Part shown: positions 10,116 to 20,904 of the stretch, in pieces
How the letters are laid out: every line of letters begins with the position of its first letter
How positions within the stretch are numbered: the first letter of the stretch is position 1
Assembly: GCA_900548255.1 (NCBI GenBank)
Contig: URKH01000001.1
Location: 1,332 to 65,331 of the forward strand
Direction of reading: 5' to 3'
From: an uncultured Collinsella sp.
GTDB taxonomy: Bacteria > Actinomycetota > Coriobacteriia > Coriobacteriales > Coriobacteriaceae
Length of the DNA stretch: 64,000 bases
Position numbers and translations under genes: made by a program
Notes under the pieces: model-generated
What the model saw: the letters and a program-made list of their open reading frames with translations, nothing else
Told to the model about the DNA's origin: nothing
Database searches by the model: none

Positions 10116-10330
10116 TCTCAATCTGTAACACCTAGGTCCGTTTTGGGTCGCTTGCTGTTACAGATTGAGATGTTATTTGCCCGCCTGTTTATTTGTCTCA
10201 ATCTGTAACAGTTAGACCCGATTTGGGCGGCTAGATGTTACAGATTGAGATTGTGCCGGCGGGCCTGCCAGTTTGTCTTGATCTGTAACAGGTAGGGGCT
10301 CAAAACCCGTCTTACTGTTACAGATTGAGA
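10116..10330. repeat. Array of six 15-bp motifs (TCTCAATCTGTAACA) in alternating orientation with a 40-bp period
   Basis: Copies start at 10116, 10156(rc), 10196, 10236(rc), 10276 (2 mismatches) and 10316(rc). All five spacers are 25 bp. Confidence 0.95.
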
Positions 10331-10468
10331 CGATCCTTGAGGCGGCTGCCCGGTGCACGGCGAGCTCGGCTGATGAATTTGTCCTGATAGGTGCCCTATG
10401 GCGGGATTTCGCGGCTACAATAATACGGTTACAACGACGTAATGCACTCAATGCAAGAAAGGATCCGC

Positions 10469-12082
<1,614 letters not shown>

Positions 12083-12183
12083 CGCATCGGCGCGGTGGCC
12101 CTGCGGGGCTGCCGCGCCGCTTGCTTGCCTGATGCCGTGTGAGCGGCTATCATACCCACCGTCGTCTCAAGATCGGGGCGTCC

Positions 12184-12232
12184 GAGCAGTTCGGGTCCGA
12201 TATCCTGCTCGTTAAACCTAAAACCAAAGGAG
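12184..12232 (+). ncRNA. Candidate preQ1 class I riboswitch
   Basis: Stem GAGCAG/CTGCTC, loop TTCG...ATC and an A-rich tail running into the SD (AAAGGAG) of a queuosine-precursor transporter gene. Confidence 0.65.
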
Positions 12233-12238
12233 TACATA

Positions 12239-12961
12239 ATGATCAAGAAGGTCATGGAGGACTACAAGGTCCTGTTGCGGAGCATTCCCGCGGCAACGGT
12301 TTCGCTGTTTTTCGTGAGCGTCATCATGATGAACCTGCTGGCCAACAAAGAGCTCATCAGCCTGCCGTATCTGGCACTCGATTGCGGCTTTGTGGTGAGC
12401 TGGGTTTCGTTTTTGTGCCAGGACATGATCTGCAAGCGCTTTGGCGCCAAGGCATCCATCAAAATCTCTATCCTCGCGCTGCTGGTCAACCTGGCCGTGA
12501 GCCTGTGCTTTTGGGCATGCTCGCTCACGCCCGGTATGTGGGGCGCCTACTACGACACGGGCATGATCGAGGTCAACACCGCCCTTAACGCCACCATCGG
12601 CGGCACCTGGTACGTGGTGCTGGGCTCTTCGCTGGCAATGCTCGTTTCTGCCGTGGTTAACTCCACGCTCAACCAGTCGCTCGGCCGTATGCTCAAAAAG
12701 AATAACTTTGCGAGCTTTGCCTTCCGCTCCTATGTGTCTACGGGTGTTGGCCAGTTTATCGACAACCTGGTCTTTGCCATTGTGGTGAGCCACACGTTCT
12801 TTGGTTGGACCTGGGTGCAGGTCCTTATGTGCTCGCTGACCGGCGCTGTCGCCGAGCTGCTGTGCGAGGTCTTCCTGAGCCCCGTGGGCTACAAGGTCGT
12901 GCGCGGCTGGGAGCGCGAGAATGTTGGCGCCGAGTACCTCGAGCGCCACGCAACCGCCTAA
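12239..12961 (+). CDS. VUT/YhhQ-family queuosine precursor transporter
   Basis: NLLANK, D...K.FG, RSYVSTGVGQFIDNLVF; multiple TMs. Confidence 0.8.
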   Translation: MIKKVMEDYKVLLRSIPAATVSLFFVSVIMMNLLANKELISLPYLALDCGFVVSWVSFLCQDMICKRFGAKASIKISILALLVNLAVSLCFWACSLTPGMWGAYYDTGMIEVNTALNATIGGTWYVVLGSSLAMLVSAVVNSTLNQSLGRMLKKNNFASFAFRSYVSTGVGQFIDNLVFAIVVSHTFFGWTWVQVLMCSLTGAVAELLCEVFLSPVGYKVVRGWERENVGAEYLERHATA

Positions 12962-12970
12962 GGAGCAAGT

Positions 12971-13651
12971 ATGCGGGTTTTGATCACGGGCGCTTCGGGC
13001 GGTATCGGAGCCGCGTGCGTGCAGCGCTTTTTGGACGAGGGCCACGAGGTCGTGGGCTTTGATCTGCTGCCGGCGGCGGTCGAACACGAGCGCTACCGCC
13101 ATCTGATCGTTGATGTCCGCGAACCGGACTCGTTTCCAGATGACCTTGAACCCCAGGTAATCGTAAATGTTGCCGGCGCGCAGGATTCGGCAGACGACAT
13201 TGCCGCCAACCTGTGTGGCACCATCAACGTGACCGAACGCTACGCCTTTGTGGGGGAGGGGCTTGCCGCCAAGCCGACGCCGGCTATCAAATCCGTGGTC
13301 AACGTGGGGTCGGCGAGTGGACATACGGGATCGGAGTTTCCCGCCTATGCTGCCAGCAAGGGCGGCGTTATCGCCTACACCAAAAACCTTGCAAACCGCC
13401 TGGCGCCGCAGGCCATCGCCAACAGTGTGGACCCGGGCGGCGTCATCACGCCGCTCAACCGTTGCGTGATGGAAGACGAGCACCTGTGGAACCAGATTAT
13501 GGAGCTCACGCCGCTTAAACGCTGGGCCACCGCCCAAGAGATCGCCGAGTGGATCTACTTTGTGGGCGTGACCAACCGGTTTATGACCGGGCAGAGCCTG
13601 TTGATCGATGGCGGCGAGGCCGGCCGCACACAATTTATTTGGCCCGAATAG
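12971..13651 (+). CDS. Short-chain dehydrogenase/reductase
   Basis: TGASGGIG, NVAG, catalytic Ser and YAASK. Starts 9 bp after the transporter stop with SD AGGAG. Confidence 0.92.
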   Translation: MRVLITGASGGIGAACVQRFLDEGHEVVGFDLLPAAVEHERYRHLIVDVREPDSFPDDLEPQVIVNVAGAQDSADDIAANLCGTINVTERYAFVGEGLAAKPTPAIKSVVNVGSASGHTGSEFPAYAASKGGVIAYTKNLANRLAPQAIANSVDPGGVITPLNRCVMEDEHLWNQIMELTPLKRWATAQEIAEWIYFVGVTNRFMTGQSLLIDGGEAGRTQFIWPE

Positions 13652-13652
13652 G

Positions 13653-13688
13653 AAACGCGCCCGATGGAAAGCCGTCGGGCGCGTTTTT
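13653..13688. terminator. Intrinsic terminator (probably bidirectional)
   Basis: aaacgcgcccgatgg-aaag-ccgtcgggcgcgttttt. Confidence 0.8.
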
Positions 13689-13701
13689 GATGTCTCGATT
13701 T

Positions 13702-14427
13702 TTAGTCGATGCAAGTCCAGTTGACGGGGGTCGAGCCGTGCTGTTCGAGTAGCCGATTGGCAGCGGAGAAGGGGCGCGACCCCATAAAAGCGGGGAGTTC
13801 TGCCGTGGCACGGTTGGCCGAAAGTGGCGAGGGGTGCGTGGAGGCTAAGCAGTACTTGCCGGTTGCCTTGCCCGCGCCAGTCGCGGCGAGCTTGCCCTCG
13901 ACCATCTGCTGGGCAAAGCGGCCCCATGCCAAAAAGACGACCGGTTGGGGCAGCAGACAGCAGCGCTCGATAACGTAGTCGGTCAGCGTGCTCCAGCCCA
14001 GTTTGGCGTGCGAGTTGGCGGCATGCTCGCGCACGGTGAGCGTGGTGTTGAGGAGCAGGGCGCCCTGTTGTGCCCAGGGGGTTAGGTCTCCCGTGGCGGG
14101 GATGGGGCAGCCCAGATCGGCGTTGAGTTCCTTATAGATGTTGCGCAGGCTCGGCGGCAGCTTGGCTTGCGTCGCGGGGACCGAGAACGACAGTCCCATG
14201 GCCTGGTTCGGTCCGTGATAGGGATCTTGACCCAAGATGACAACCTTGACCTGGTCGGCCGGCGTGTAGGCGAGGGCATTGAGGATGTCGTCTTGTGCCG
14301 GGTAGATAGTCTGCTCGGCACGCAAAAGGGCGATGCGCTCGAGCAGCTGGTTCGTCGTGTCACGTACCGGCTGCGGCGCATCGCCCAACCAAGTTGCGAT
14401 GTTGCGGTCGCTGGTTGCGGTGTCCAT
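13702..14427 (-). CDS. ung: Uracil-DNA glycosylase (family 1)
   Basis: GQDPYH, GLSFS, PPSL.NI, LLLN and HPSPLS motifs. Confidence 0.96.
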   Translation of the reverse strand: MDTATSDRNIATWLGDAPQPVRDTTNQLLERIALLRAEQTIYPAQDDILNALAYTPADQVKVVILGQDPYHGPNQAMGLSFSVPATQAKLPPSLRNIYKELNADLGCPIPATGDLTPWAQQGALLLNTTLTVREHAANSHAKLGWSTLTDYVIERCCLLPQPVVFLAWGRFAQQMVEGKLAATGAGKATGKYCLASTHPSPLSANRATAELPAFMGSRPFSAANRLLEQHGSTPVNWTCID

Positions 14428-14515
14428 GGGGCTCCTTTATGGCAGATGCTCTGTTGGCATCTATTGTAAAGGCGCACCGGTTACCTTTATGCCGCGGCTG
14501 TATGAAGAGTGGGGT

Positions 14516-15418
14516 CTACGAGACGCGCTCGGGCGCTCCTGCCATGCGAGCGTGTCCATGTGCGCGAAGGCGCGGAAGCTCGACAGTTGCCACCATGACG
14601 CCGGTGAGGATGAGGGCGGCGCCAAAGAAGGCGATGGGGCTCAGGACCTCGCCGACCAGGAAGAACGAAAAGACGGCGGAGCAGACCGGCTCGAGCGAGA
14701 AGGCAAAGCCGGTGGTCTCGGCAGGTACGTGGGGCTGCACGAGCGTCTGGGTGATGAAGCCGTAGGCAGAGCAGATGAGTGCGAGCGCAACGACAACGAC
14801 GATCTCGTTGGGCGTGCTGGGAAGCGTGAAACCGCCAAAGGTGAATGCCGCGATGCCCGAGAACAGGCCGCCAAAGCCCAGCTGCCAAACGCCCAGAGCC
14901 AGTGGATCGACCTCTTCGACAAAGCGCTTGGCTACGATAATGTGGCCGGCATAGATAAAGGCCGAGAGCAGCATGATAATCGCGCCGGGATTCAGGCTGG
15001 TAAAGTCGGCGCCCGAGAGCAGCAGCATACCGCAGGTGACGATGGCGGTTCCGATGAGCACCTTGCGCTCGGGGGCGCGACGCAGCAGAGCTGCGTTGGC
15101 AAACGGCACGATTACGACCGTCAGGCTCTGCAAAAAGCCGGCGGTTGAGGCGGAGGTGAGGCTGGAGCCCAGGCACATGCAGGTGAGCTCGGTTGCCATG
15201 ATGGCGCCGATGATGGCGGAGCGAATCATCACGTCACGGTTGATACGCATCGCGTGCTTGTGGAAGAGCAGCAGGCAAGCTGCAAAGGCGATGATGCAGC
15301 GCAGCGCAACGATGCTCGTGGCGTTCATGCTGTCCATGCCGATCTTCATAAGGGGGTACGAAAAGCCCCATGCAACGGGAACGGAAAATGAGAGCGCGAT
15401 TGCTTTTTTGCGATCCAT
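14516..15418 (-). CDS. DMT/EamA family transporter
   Basis: About 10 TMs with WG.S..., LEPV motifs; divergent from a LysR gene. Confidence 0.88.
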   Translation of the reverse strand: MDRKKAIALSFSVPVAWGFSYPLMKIGMDSMNATSIVALRCIIAFAACLLLFHKHAMRINRDVMIRSAIIGAIMATELTCMCLGSSLTSASTAGFLQSLTVVIVPFANAALLRRAPERKVLIGTAIVTCGMLLLSGADFTSLNPGAIIMLLSAFIYAGHIIVAKRFVEEVDPLALGVWQLGFGGLFSGIAAFTFGGFTLPSTPNEIVVVVALALICSAYGFITQTLVQPHVPAETTGFAFSLEPVCSAVFSFFLVGEVLSPIAFFGAALILTGVMVATVELPRLRAHGHARMAGAPERVS

Positions 15419-15576
15419 GGGACTCCTTTTGTTACAGAACGGTTTCGCAAAAAGGATTCTGCTCCCAGATGTGGATGTAGTAAAGCGAATGTATCTTCAG
15501 TATGATTAAGAAATGCTAATGCTAGTAGAAAAAGCCCTGGCAAAACGTTTTACAGCCGCATCGAGATGGAGGCACG

Positions 15577-16443
15577 ATGGCATCGCGGTACCAGATTGTA
15601 TGTATGGTGGTTGATTGCGGCAGCCTGAAGGGCGCTGCCGACGAGCTGGGCTATACGCAAAGTGCGGTAAGCCAGGCCGTCAGGGCGCTCGAGCGCGAGC
15701 TGGGCACCACGATTATCGAGCGCGGCAAGCAGGGCGTCTCGCTTACACGCGACGGCAAGCAGTATCTGCCGTATCTGCGCCAGATCGTAACTGCCGAGGC
15801 CGAGCTTGAGGGCAAGCGTCAGGAGTTGCTGGGGCTTTCGTCGACTGACATTCGTATTGCGACGTTTACCAACGTGAGCCGCACCGTGTTGCCGCGCGTG
15901 ATTCGGGACTTTGGAGCCCTGCATCCGGGTGTGCGCTTTACCCTCAAGCAGGGCGATTACACGCGCAACGCCCAGTGGGTGCACGATGGCGTGGTTGACT
16001 TTTGCTTTACGGCACGCGGATTTACCGCGGGGCTCCAGAAGCGCGTGGTCTATCACGACGAGCTGGTGGCGCTGCTGCCGACCGCGCATCCGCTGACGGC
16101 AAAGGAAAAGGTGACGCTCGCCGACCTGGCGTCCGAGCCGTTTGTGTTGCTGGATGAGGGCGAACAGAGTCTGGTGCTCGATGCATTCGCGACGCATGGG
16201 CTGTCGCCGCACGTGACGAGCGAGGTTACCGACGACTACACCATCATGGCGATGGTGGAGGAAGGCCTTGGCGTGAGCATGCTCTACCGTCGTACGGTCG
16301 AGGGCATGAAGGCCGATATCTGCGTGCGCCCCATCGTGCACGCTCCCTCGCGTGATGTGGTGGCGGCTTGGCGCAGCTGGGACACCATGCCTATCGCCAC
16401 GAGGCGCTTTATCGATTATATGAGCTCGCATATCGTGAGCTAG
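15577..16443 (+). CDS. LysR family regulator
   Basis: GSLKGAADELGYTQSAVSQ HTH plus LysR substrate-binding domain. Confidence 0.93.
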   Translation: MASRYQIVCMVVDCGSLKGAADELGYTQSAVSQAVRALERELGTTIIERGKQGVSLTRDGKQYLPYLRQIVTAEAELEGKRQELLGLSSTDIRIATFTNVSRTVLPRVIRDFGALHPGVRFTLKQGDYTRNAQWVHDGVVDFCFTARGFTAGLQKRVVYHDELVALLPTAHPLTAKEKVTLADLASEPFVLLDEGEQSLVLDAFATHGLSPHVTSEVTDDYTIMAMVEEGLGVSMLYRRTVEGMKADICVRPIVHAPSRDVVAAWRSWDTMPIATRRFIDYMSSHIVS

Positions 16444-16472
16444 TTGCCGATGCGCCACCTTGTTGGATGTGT

Positions 16473-17855
16473 CTAGCGCGTCCCGGTCTTGGCTTGCGTC
16501 AGACGGTAGGTGCGTGCCGGATGGCAGAGCAATACCGCCACGACCATAAAGAACGCCGTGGTGCCCAGGCTGATGGGGTAGACCATCATGATGTTCGCAA
16601 AGGTGCGGAAGTTCGGGAACACGCAGAACACCCAATAGAAGCGGATGCCGCAGACGCAGATCATGGTGATGAGGGCGGGCATGAGCGAGATGCCAAAGCC
16701 GCGCAGGTAACCGGACATGTTTTCGTAGAACATGCTAAAGGCGTACGCCGGGAAGATCGAACACACGCGTATATAGCCGATCGAGACGATGTTGGGATCG
16801 CTGTTGAACAGCGCCAGGATCTCGCGTCCCAGACCGACGATGATGACGATGGTGGTGAGCGCAACGATGCCGCCTTCAACCAGGCAAACCTTGAGCGTCT
16901 TGGTGCAACGGTCGATCTGGCGAGCGCCGTGGTTTTGTCCCACAAAGGTGGTGCAGGCCTGGCTAAAGCTGTTGAGCAGGTTGTAGCACACATACTCTAG
17001 GCTCATGGCGGCGCTGGATGCCGCCATGACCTCGGTACCCAGGCTGTTGATGGCGGACTGGATGATGATGTTGGCGACGGCAAAGACGGCGCTTTGGATG
17101 CCGGCAGGCAGGCCTATTCTGACAATGCGTTTGAGGGCGACGGGGTCGATGGTCAGGTCGCCCAGGGTGACACGAACGACGGAGTCGGTCTTGAGCAGGC
17201 GGACAAAGAGCGTGACGGCGCTGACGGTGTAGGCGATGGCAGTGGCGATGGCGACGCCCGCGACGCCCCAGTGGAGCACGGGGACAAAGATGAGGTCCAG
17301 GCCAATGTTGAGGACGGTGGACACGGCAAGCGCCTGCAGCGGCATACGGGTGATGCCGACGGAGCGGAAGATTGCGGCCTCAAAGTTGTAGAGCAAGATC
17401 GAGGGCATGCTGAGTAAAAAGACGCGCAGGTAAAGCGATGCAAGCGGCATAGTTTCGGCAGGGACATTGAGCGCGGTGAGCATGGGCTCGGCAAAGATCT
17501 CACCCAGCGCGATGACGACAAAGCCCACGAGTGCCATCAGAATCGAGGTATGGACGGCGCGCTTGACCATGTTCTGATCGTTGCGGCCGATGGCGTTGGC
17601 GATGACCACGTTGGAGCCAAGCGACAGCCCAATAAACAGGTTGATCATAAGACTGGTAAGCGGAACATTGGAGCCGACCGCCGCCATGGCGAGGGTCCCC
17701 TGGTCGCCCGAGAAGTTACCGATGATGACCGTGGCGATGAGGTTCGACAGCTGCTCAAGGATGCTCGTGGCGGCGACGGGAAAGGCGAACAGGGGAATAT
17801 TGCGCCACAGCGAGCCGGTGGTCATGTCAATGTGCCTAGATGCGGTATCAGCCAT
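16473..17855 (-). CDS. MATE family efflux transporter
   Basis: 12 TMs; DMTTGSL, NIGLDLIF, GVAGVAIAT and VGQNHGA motifs. Confidence 0.92.
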   Translation of the reverse strand: MADTASRHIDMTTGSLWRNIPLFAFPVAATSILEQLSNLIATVIIGNFSGDQGTLAMAAVGSNVPLTSLMINLFIGLSLGSNVVIANAIGRNDQNMVKRAVHTSILMALVGFVVIALGEIFAEPMLTALNVPAETMPLASLYLRVFLLSMPSILLYNFEAAIFRSVGITRMPLQALAVSTVLNIGLDLIFVPVLHWGVAGVAIATAIAYTVSAVTLFVRLLKTDSVVRVTLGDLTIDPVALKRIVRIGLPAGIQSAVFAVANIIIQSAINSLGTEVMAASSAAMSLEYVCYNLLNSFSQACTTFVGQNHGARQIDRCTKTLKVCLVEGGIVALTTIVIIVGLGREILALFNSDPNIVSIGYIRVCSIFPAYAFSMFYENMSGYLRGFGISLMPALITMICVCGIRFYWVFCVFPNFRTFANIMMVYPISLGTTAFFMVVAVLLCHPARTYRLTQAKTGTR

Positions 17856-18006
17856 ACGCTCTCAATCTCTAATATGCTCTTTCGTGCTTATTTGCGCAGA
17901 CGATGATACTCCTAATCGACTAGTCATTTAAGAACGTCCCCAATGACTAGGTGGGGAAGGCGTGCGACAATGGTGGGCGTTGTGTTGTCCGCGCTAAGGA
18001 GTTGCC

Positions 18007-18819
18007 ATGTTGTTGTGTCCCGTTTGCCATGAACCGTTGGTGGACGACGAACGCGGTGCTGCATGCGCGGGCGGACACCGATTTGACCGTGCGCGCGAGG
18101 GCTATCTCTATCTGCTGCGCTCGTCCAAGAGCGGTGACTCCATGGGTGATCCCAAGTCGCAGGCGCGCAGCCGTCGTGACTTTCTGAACCGCGGATACTA
18201 CGCGCCGTTGCGCGATGCGATGGTCGAGCTGGTGCGCAAGCAGGTGTCTGGGCGCGCGGCGTCTGCAGGCGTCCCCATGACCTTGCTCGATATTTGCTGT
18301 GGCGAGGGCTATTACACGAGTGCCATGGGTGCGGTGCCGGGCGTGGATGCTTACGGTTTCGACCTGGGCAAAGAGATGGTGCGCCTGGCCGCCAAGCGCG
18401 GCGATGCGACCTACTTTGTGGCCAATATGAAGGACATCCCCGTGGCCGATGGCGCCTTCGATATGGTGACTGAGCTCTTTGCTCCCTTTAACGAGCGCGA
18501 GTTTGCCCGCGTGCTGGCGCCCGAGGGTTCGCTCTATACCGTGGTGCCGGGTGCCCGTCATCTCTTTGGGCTCAAGGAGGTGCTCTACGACACGCCATAT
18601 CTCAACGATGAAAAGCTGCCGAAGACTACCGAGCTCGAGTTGGTCGGAACGCAGCGGGTGTCTGCGAACATTATGCTTCAGACCCAGGCTGACATCGAGG
18701 CGGTGTTCCAGATGACGCCGTACTACTACCGCACGCGCCCTGCCGACAAAGAGCGCCTGGCAAACTTGGACACCCTTCAAACCGACATCGACTTCATCAT
18801 CGCCGAATACCGCCACTAA
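18007..18819 (+). CDS. RlmA-like 23S rRNA guanine-N1 methyltransferase
   Basis: N-terminal Zn motif CPVC...C...H.FD.A.EGY, LDICCGEGYY and MTPY. Confidence 0.85.
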   Translation: MLLCPVCHEPLVDDERGAACAGGHRFDRAREGYLYLLRSSKSGDSMGDPKSQARSRRDFLNRGYYAPLRDAMVELVRKQVSGRAASAGVPMTLLDICCGEGYYTSAMGAVPGVDAYGFDLGKEMVRLAAKRGDATYFVANMKDIPVADGAFDMVTELFAPFNEREFARVLAPEGSLYTVVPGARHLFGLKEVLYDTPYLNDEKLPKTTELELVGTQRVSANIMLQTQADIEAVFQMTPYYYRTRPADKERLANLDTLQTDIDFIIAEYRH

Positions 18820-18871
18820 CCTACCAAAAAGGGACAGGTTTATTTTGGCAGGTTTTATCTGGGCAAATGCA
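18819..18871 (+). repeat. GGGAC-core hairpin element with flank
   Basis: acctaccaaaaagggacaggtttattttggcaggt-tttatctgggcaaatgca, a near-identical inverse of 38190-38242. Confidence 0.85.
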
Positions 18872-18944
18872 AAGGGCCGACCGCGGAGATGTGCGATCGG
18901 CCCTTTTTAGTTGCTTGGCTGCAGAGGCTATGAGAAGCGAGCGC

Positions 18945-19346
18945 TTACAGGCGGTCCTTGTTCTCGGCCTTGACGGCGTGCGCCTGCTGAACAAAAAACA
19001 GGTCGTAGACCACGATGACAAAGGCGCCGATATTGACGGCGCTGCCGCCGAGTGCGGGAAGCGTGAGCACGGCCTGCGCAATCGTGGCGAGTGCGGCAAC
19101 GATGCCGAGCTTAAACGCGCCATCCACCTGCGAGGGCTTGTTGGCGCCCTTGATGCCCGCAACACCTGCGGCGAGATCGATGAGGCCCTTGGCGATAATC
19201 ACGGCCGCGGCGAGCATGGCGTTCGACCCGTACGTGGAATCGAGGTTGCCTCGGGCGATGCCGACGCCGGCGATGACGAGGCTGGCGATGCCCAAAACAA
19301 AGTAGACGAGGGCAAGGATTTTGAGAGTCTTACGAGCGGAGCTCAT
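18945..19346 (-). CDS. Small four-TM membrane protein of unknown function
   Basis: Four hydrophobic segments; SD GAAAGGA before ATG at 19346. Confidence 0.75.
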   Translation of the reverse strand: MSSARKTLKILALVYFVLGIASLVIAGVGIARGNLDSTYGSNAMLAAAVIIAKGLIDLAAGVAGIKGANKPSQVDGAFKLGIVAALATIAQAVLTLPALGGSAVNIGAFVIVVYDLFFVQQAHAVKAENKDRL

Positions 19347-19574
19347 GGCTGGTCCTTTCGATACGAGTACGCCAACCTGGCGCACCCCATGTGCTGCACA
19401 TATGGTGAAGCACATTGTAGTTCAACGCGGCGATGCGTGCGTTTGAAAGCGTCTCTTGCCTGTACGGTCCAACCTTTCAAAAGGGAAAGCTGGACGTAAG
19501 CCAAATCGATGGCAGCTCATGTGCGGCGCTGAGATGATGGGGCCGTAACAAGGAGCTAATCTCAAGGAGGAGCC

Positions 19575-19718
19575 ATGATGTACGGAGCAAGGCAAGTGCG
19601 TGAGCCGCGGTCGTTGGGAAGGCGCATGGGTGATTCTGTGATCGCTGCCGTGTGCACGGTATTGATGGCGGTGCTTTGCATTGGGATGCTGTGGACCATG
19701 TCGCATGTGGGACAATAA
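19575..19718 (+). CDS. 47-aa single-TM small protein (not in the ORF track)
   Basis: SD AAGGAGG 4 nt before ATG; translates to MMYGARQVREPRSLGRRMGDSVIAAVCTVLMAVLCIGMLWTMSHVGQ. Confidence 0.65.
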   Translation: MMYGARQVREPRSLGRRMGDSVIAAVCTVLMAVLCIGMLWTMSHVGQ

Positions 19719-19775
19719 CGGACGGTTGGGTGCCGACATAAACGGCGCCCATGTATTCGTTTTCTTTGCTAAGGA

Positions 19776-20486
19776 GTGTCCATGGGCGTCGTCGATCCCT
19801 TTTCTGTTGCTCGGGCGGCAGGGCTCGAGTTAACCAGGACACCCAAAGGCCTCACGCTCACCGATGGCTCGATGGAGTTGCGAGCCGATTTTGCCCGCAT
19901 GCTCCCACGGCTCAAGCAGGGCCGCTTGCAACAGGAGCTGCTGGTGAAGGCCGCGCGTGCAAAAGGCATCGAACAACCATGGGCGATTGATGCCACGGCA
20001 GGCTTTGGCGAGGATTCGCTGCTGCTGGCGGCCGCGGGCTTTACCGTCGATCTGTATGAACAGGATTGCGTGATCGCGGCGCTCCTCAAGGATGCCTTGG
20101 ATCGCGCGGCAGATGATCCGGCGCTTGCGGCTGCCGTGGCGCGCATGCGCTTGCATGCGGGCGAGGACAGCATTGCCGGCCTTCGCCATGTAACTGAGCT
20201 GATCGAGCGGGGCGAGTTCGCGGCTCCCGATGTGGTATATCTGGACCCCATGTTTCCCGAGCGCACCAAGAGCGCGGCGGTGAAAAAGAAGTTCCAACTT
20301 TTGCACCATTTGGAACAGCCGTGTGCCGATGAGGAGACGCTGGTCGAAGCTGCGTTTGCGGTGCACCCGCGCAAGGTCGTTATCAAACGGCCGGTGAAGG
20401 GGCCGCTGCTTGCCGGCGTCAAGCCGAGCTATCAACTTGCGGGCAAGGCCGTTCGTTACGATGTTTTGGTGCCGCCGCGCCCGTAG
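19776..20486 (+). CDS. RsmJ-like class I SAM-dependent methyltransferase
   Basis: DATAGFGED, VYLDPMFP and VVIKRP motifs. Confidence 0.85.
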   Translation: MSMGVVDPFSVARAAGLELTRTPKGLTLTDGSMELRADFARMLPRLKQGRLQQELLVKAARAKGIEQPWAIDATAGFGEDSLLLAAAGFTVDLYEQDCVIAALLKDALDRAADDPALAAAVARMRLHAGEDSIAGLRHVTELIERGEFAAPDVVYLDPMFPERTKSAAVKKKFQLLHHLEQPCADEETLVEAAFAVHPRKVVIKRPVKGPLLAGVKPSYQLAGKAVRYDVLVPPRP

Positions 20487-20534
20487 CTTGCGCACAATGG
20501 CTGGCGTCCCGTCAACACCGTGCCGATGCGAGGT

Positions 20535-20831
20535 CTATTTCCAAGGGTGCGACGTCAGGTGCCAGCCGCCACAGTATTCGCATTTGTAGCAGGCCAAACC
20601 ACGCCGTCCGCGGTTTTCGCAGTCGGCCATAACGGCCTCGGCCTCGGCGCGTGTGTCGTACCGGTTTTTGCGCTCGCACGACTTATAGCGCCAAGCCTCA
20701 TCGCGCTCGGCGTCCAGGGCGTCGCGGCGCTCGCCCTCGCGCGCAAACAGGTCGCTCATATCGCCGCCGGTGGCAGCGCCCAAAAACTCGCTTTTGGCCT
20801 TTGACCAGGCGGCTCGCTTCTTGCTCCCCAT
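20535..20831 (-). CDS. Small hypothetical protein with a possible C/H zinc site
   Basis: SCERKNRY...YKCEYCGGWHLTS; purine-rich GGAGAGGG upstream. Confidence 0.7.
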   Translation of the reverse strand: MGSKKRAAWSKAKSEFLGAATGGDMSDLFAREGERRDALDAERDEAWRYKSCERKNRYDTRAEAEAVMADCENRGRRGLACYKCEYCGGWHLTSHPWK

Positions 20832-20904
20832 CTGCTTCGCACCCTCTCCAAACGTTGGTATCATTGCTCAATCAAAGTGATACCAATAAACGTGAGGTCG
20901 CCGC

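Noticed and set aside
10116..10330. CRISPR array interpretation of the periodic repeats
   Set aside because: The repeats are only 15 bp, alternate in orientation, have mutually related spacers, and no cas genes are present.
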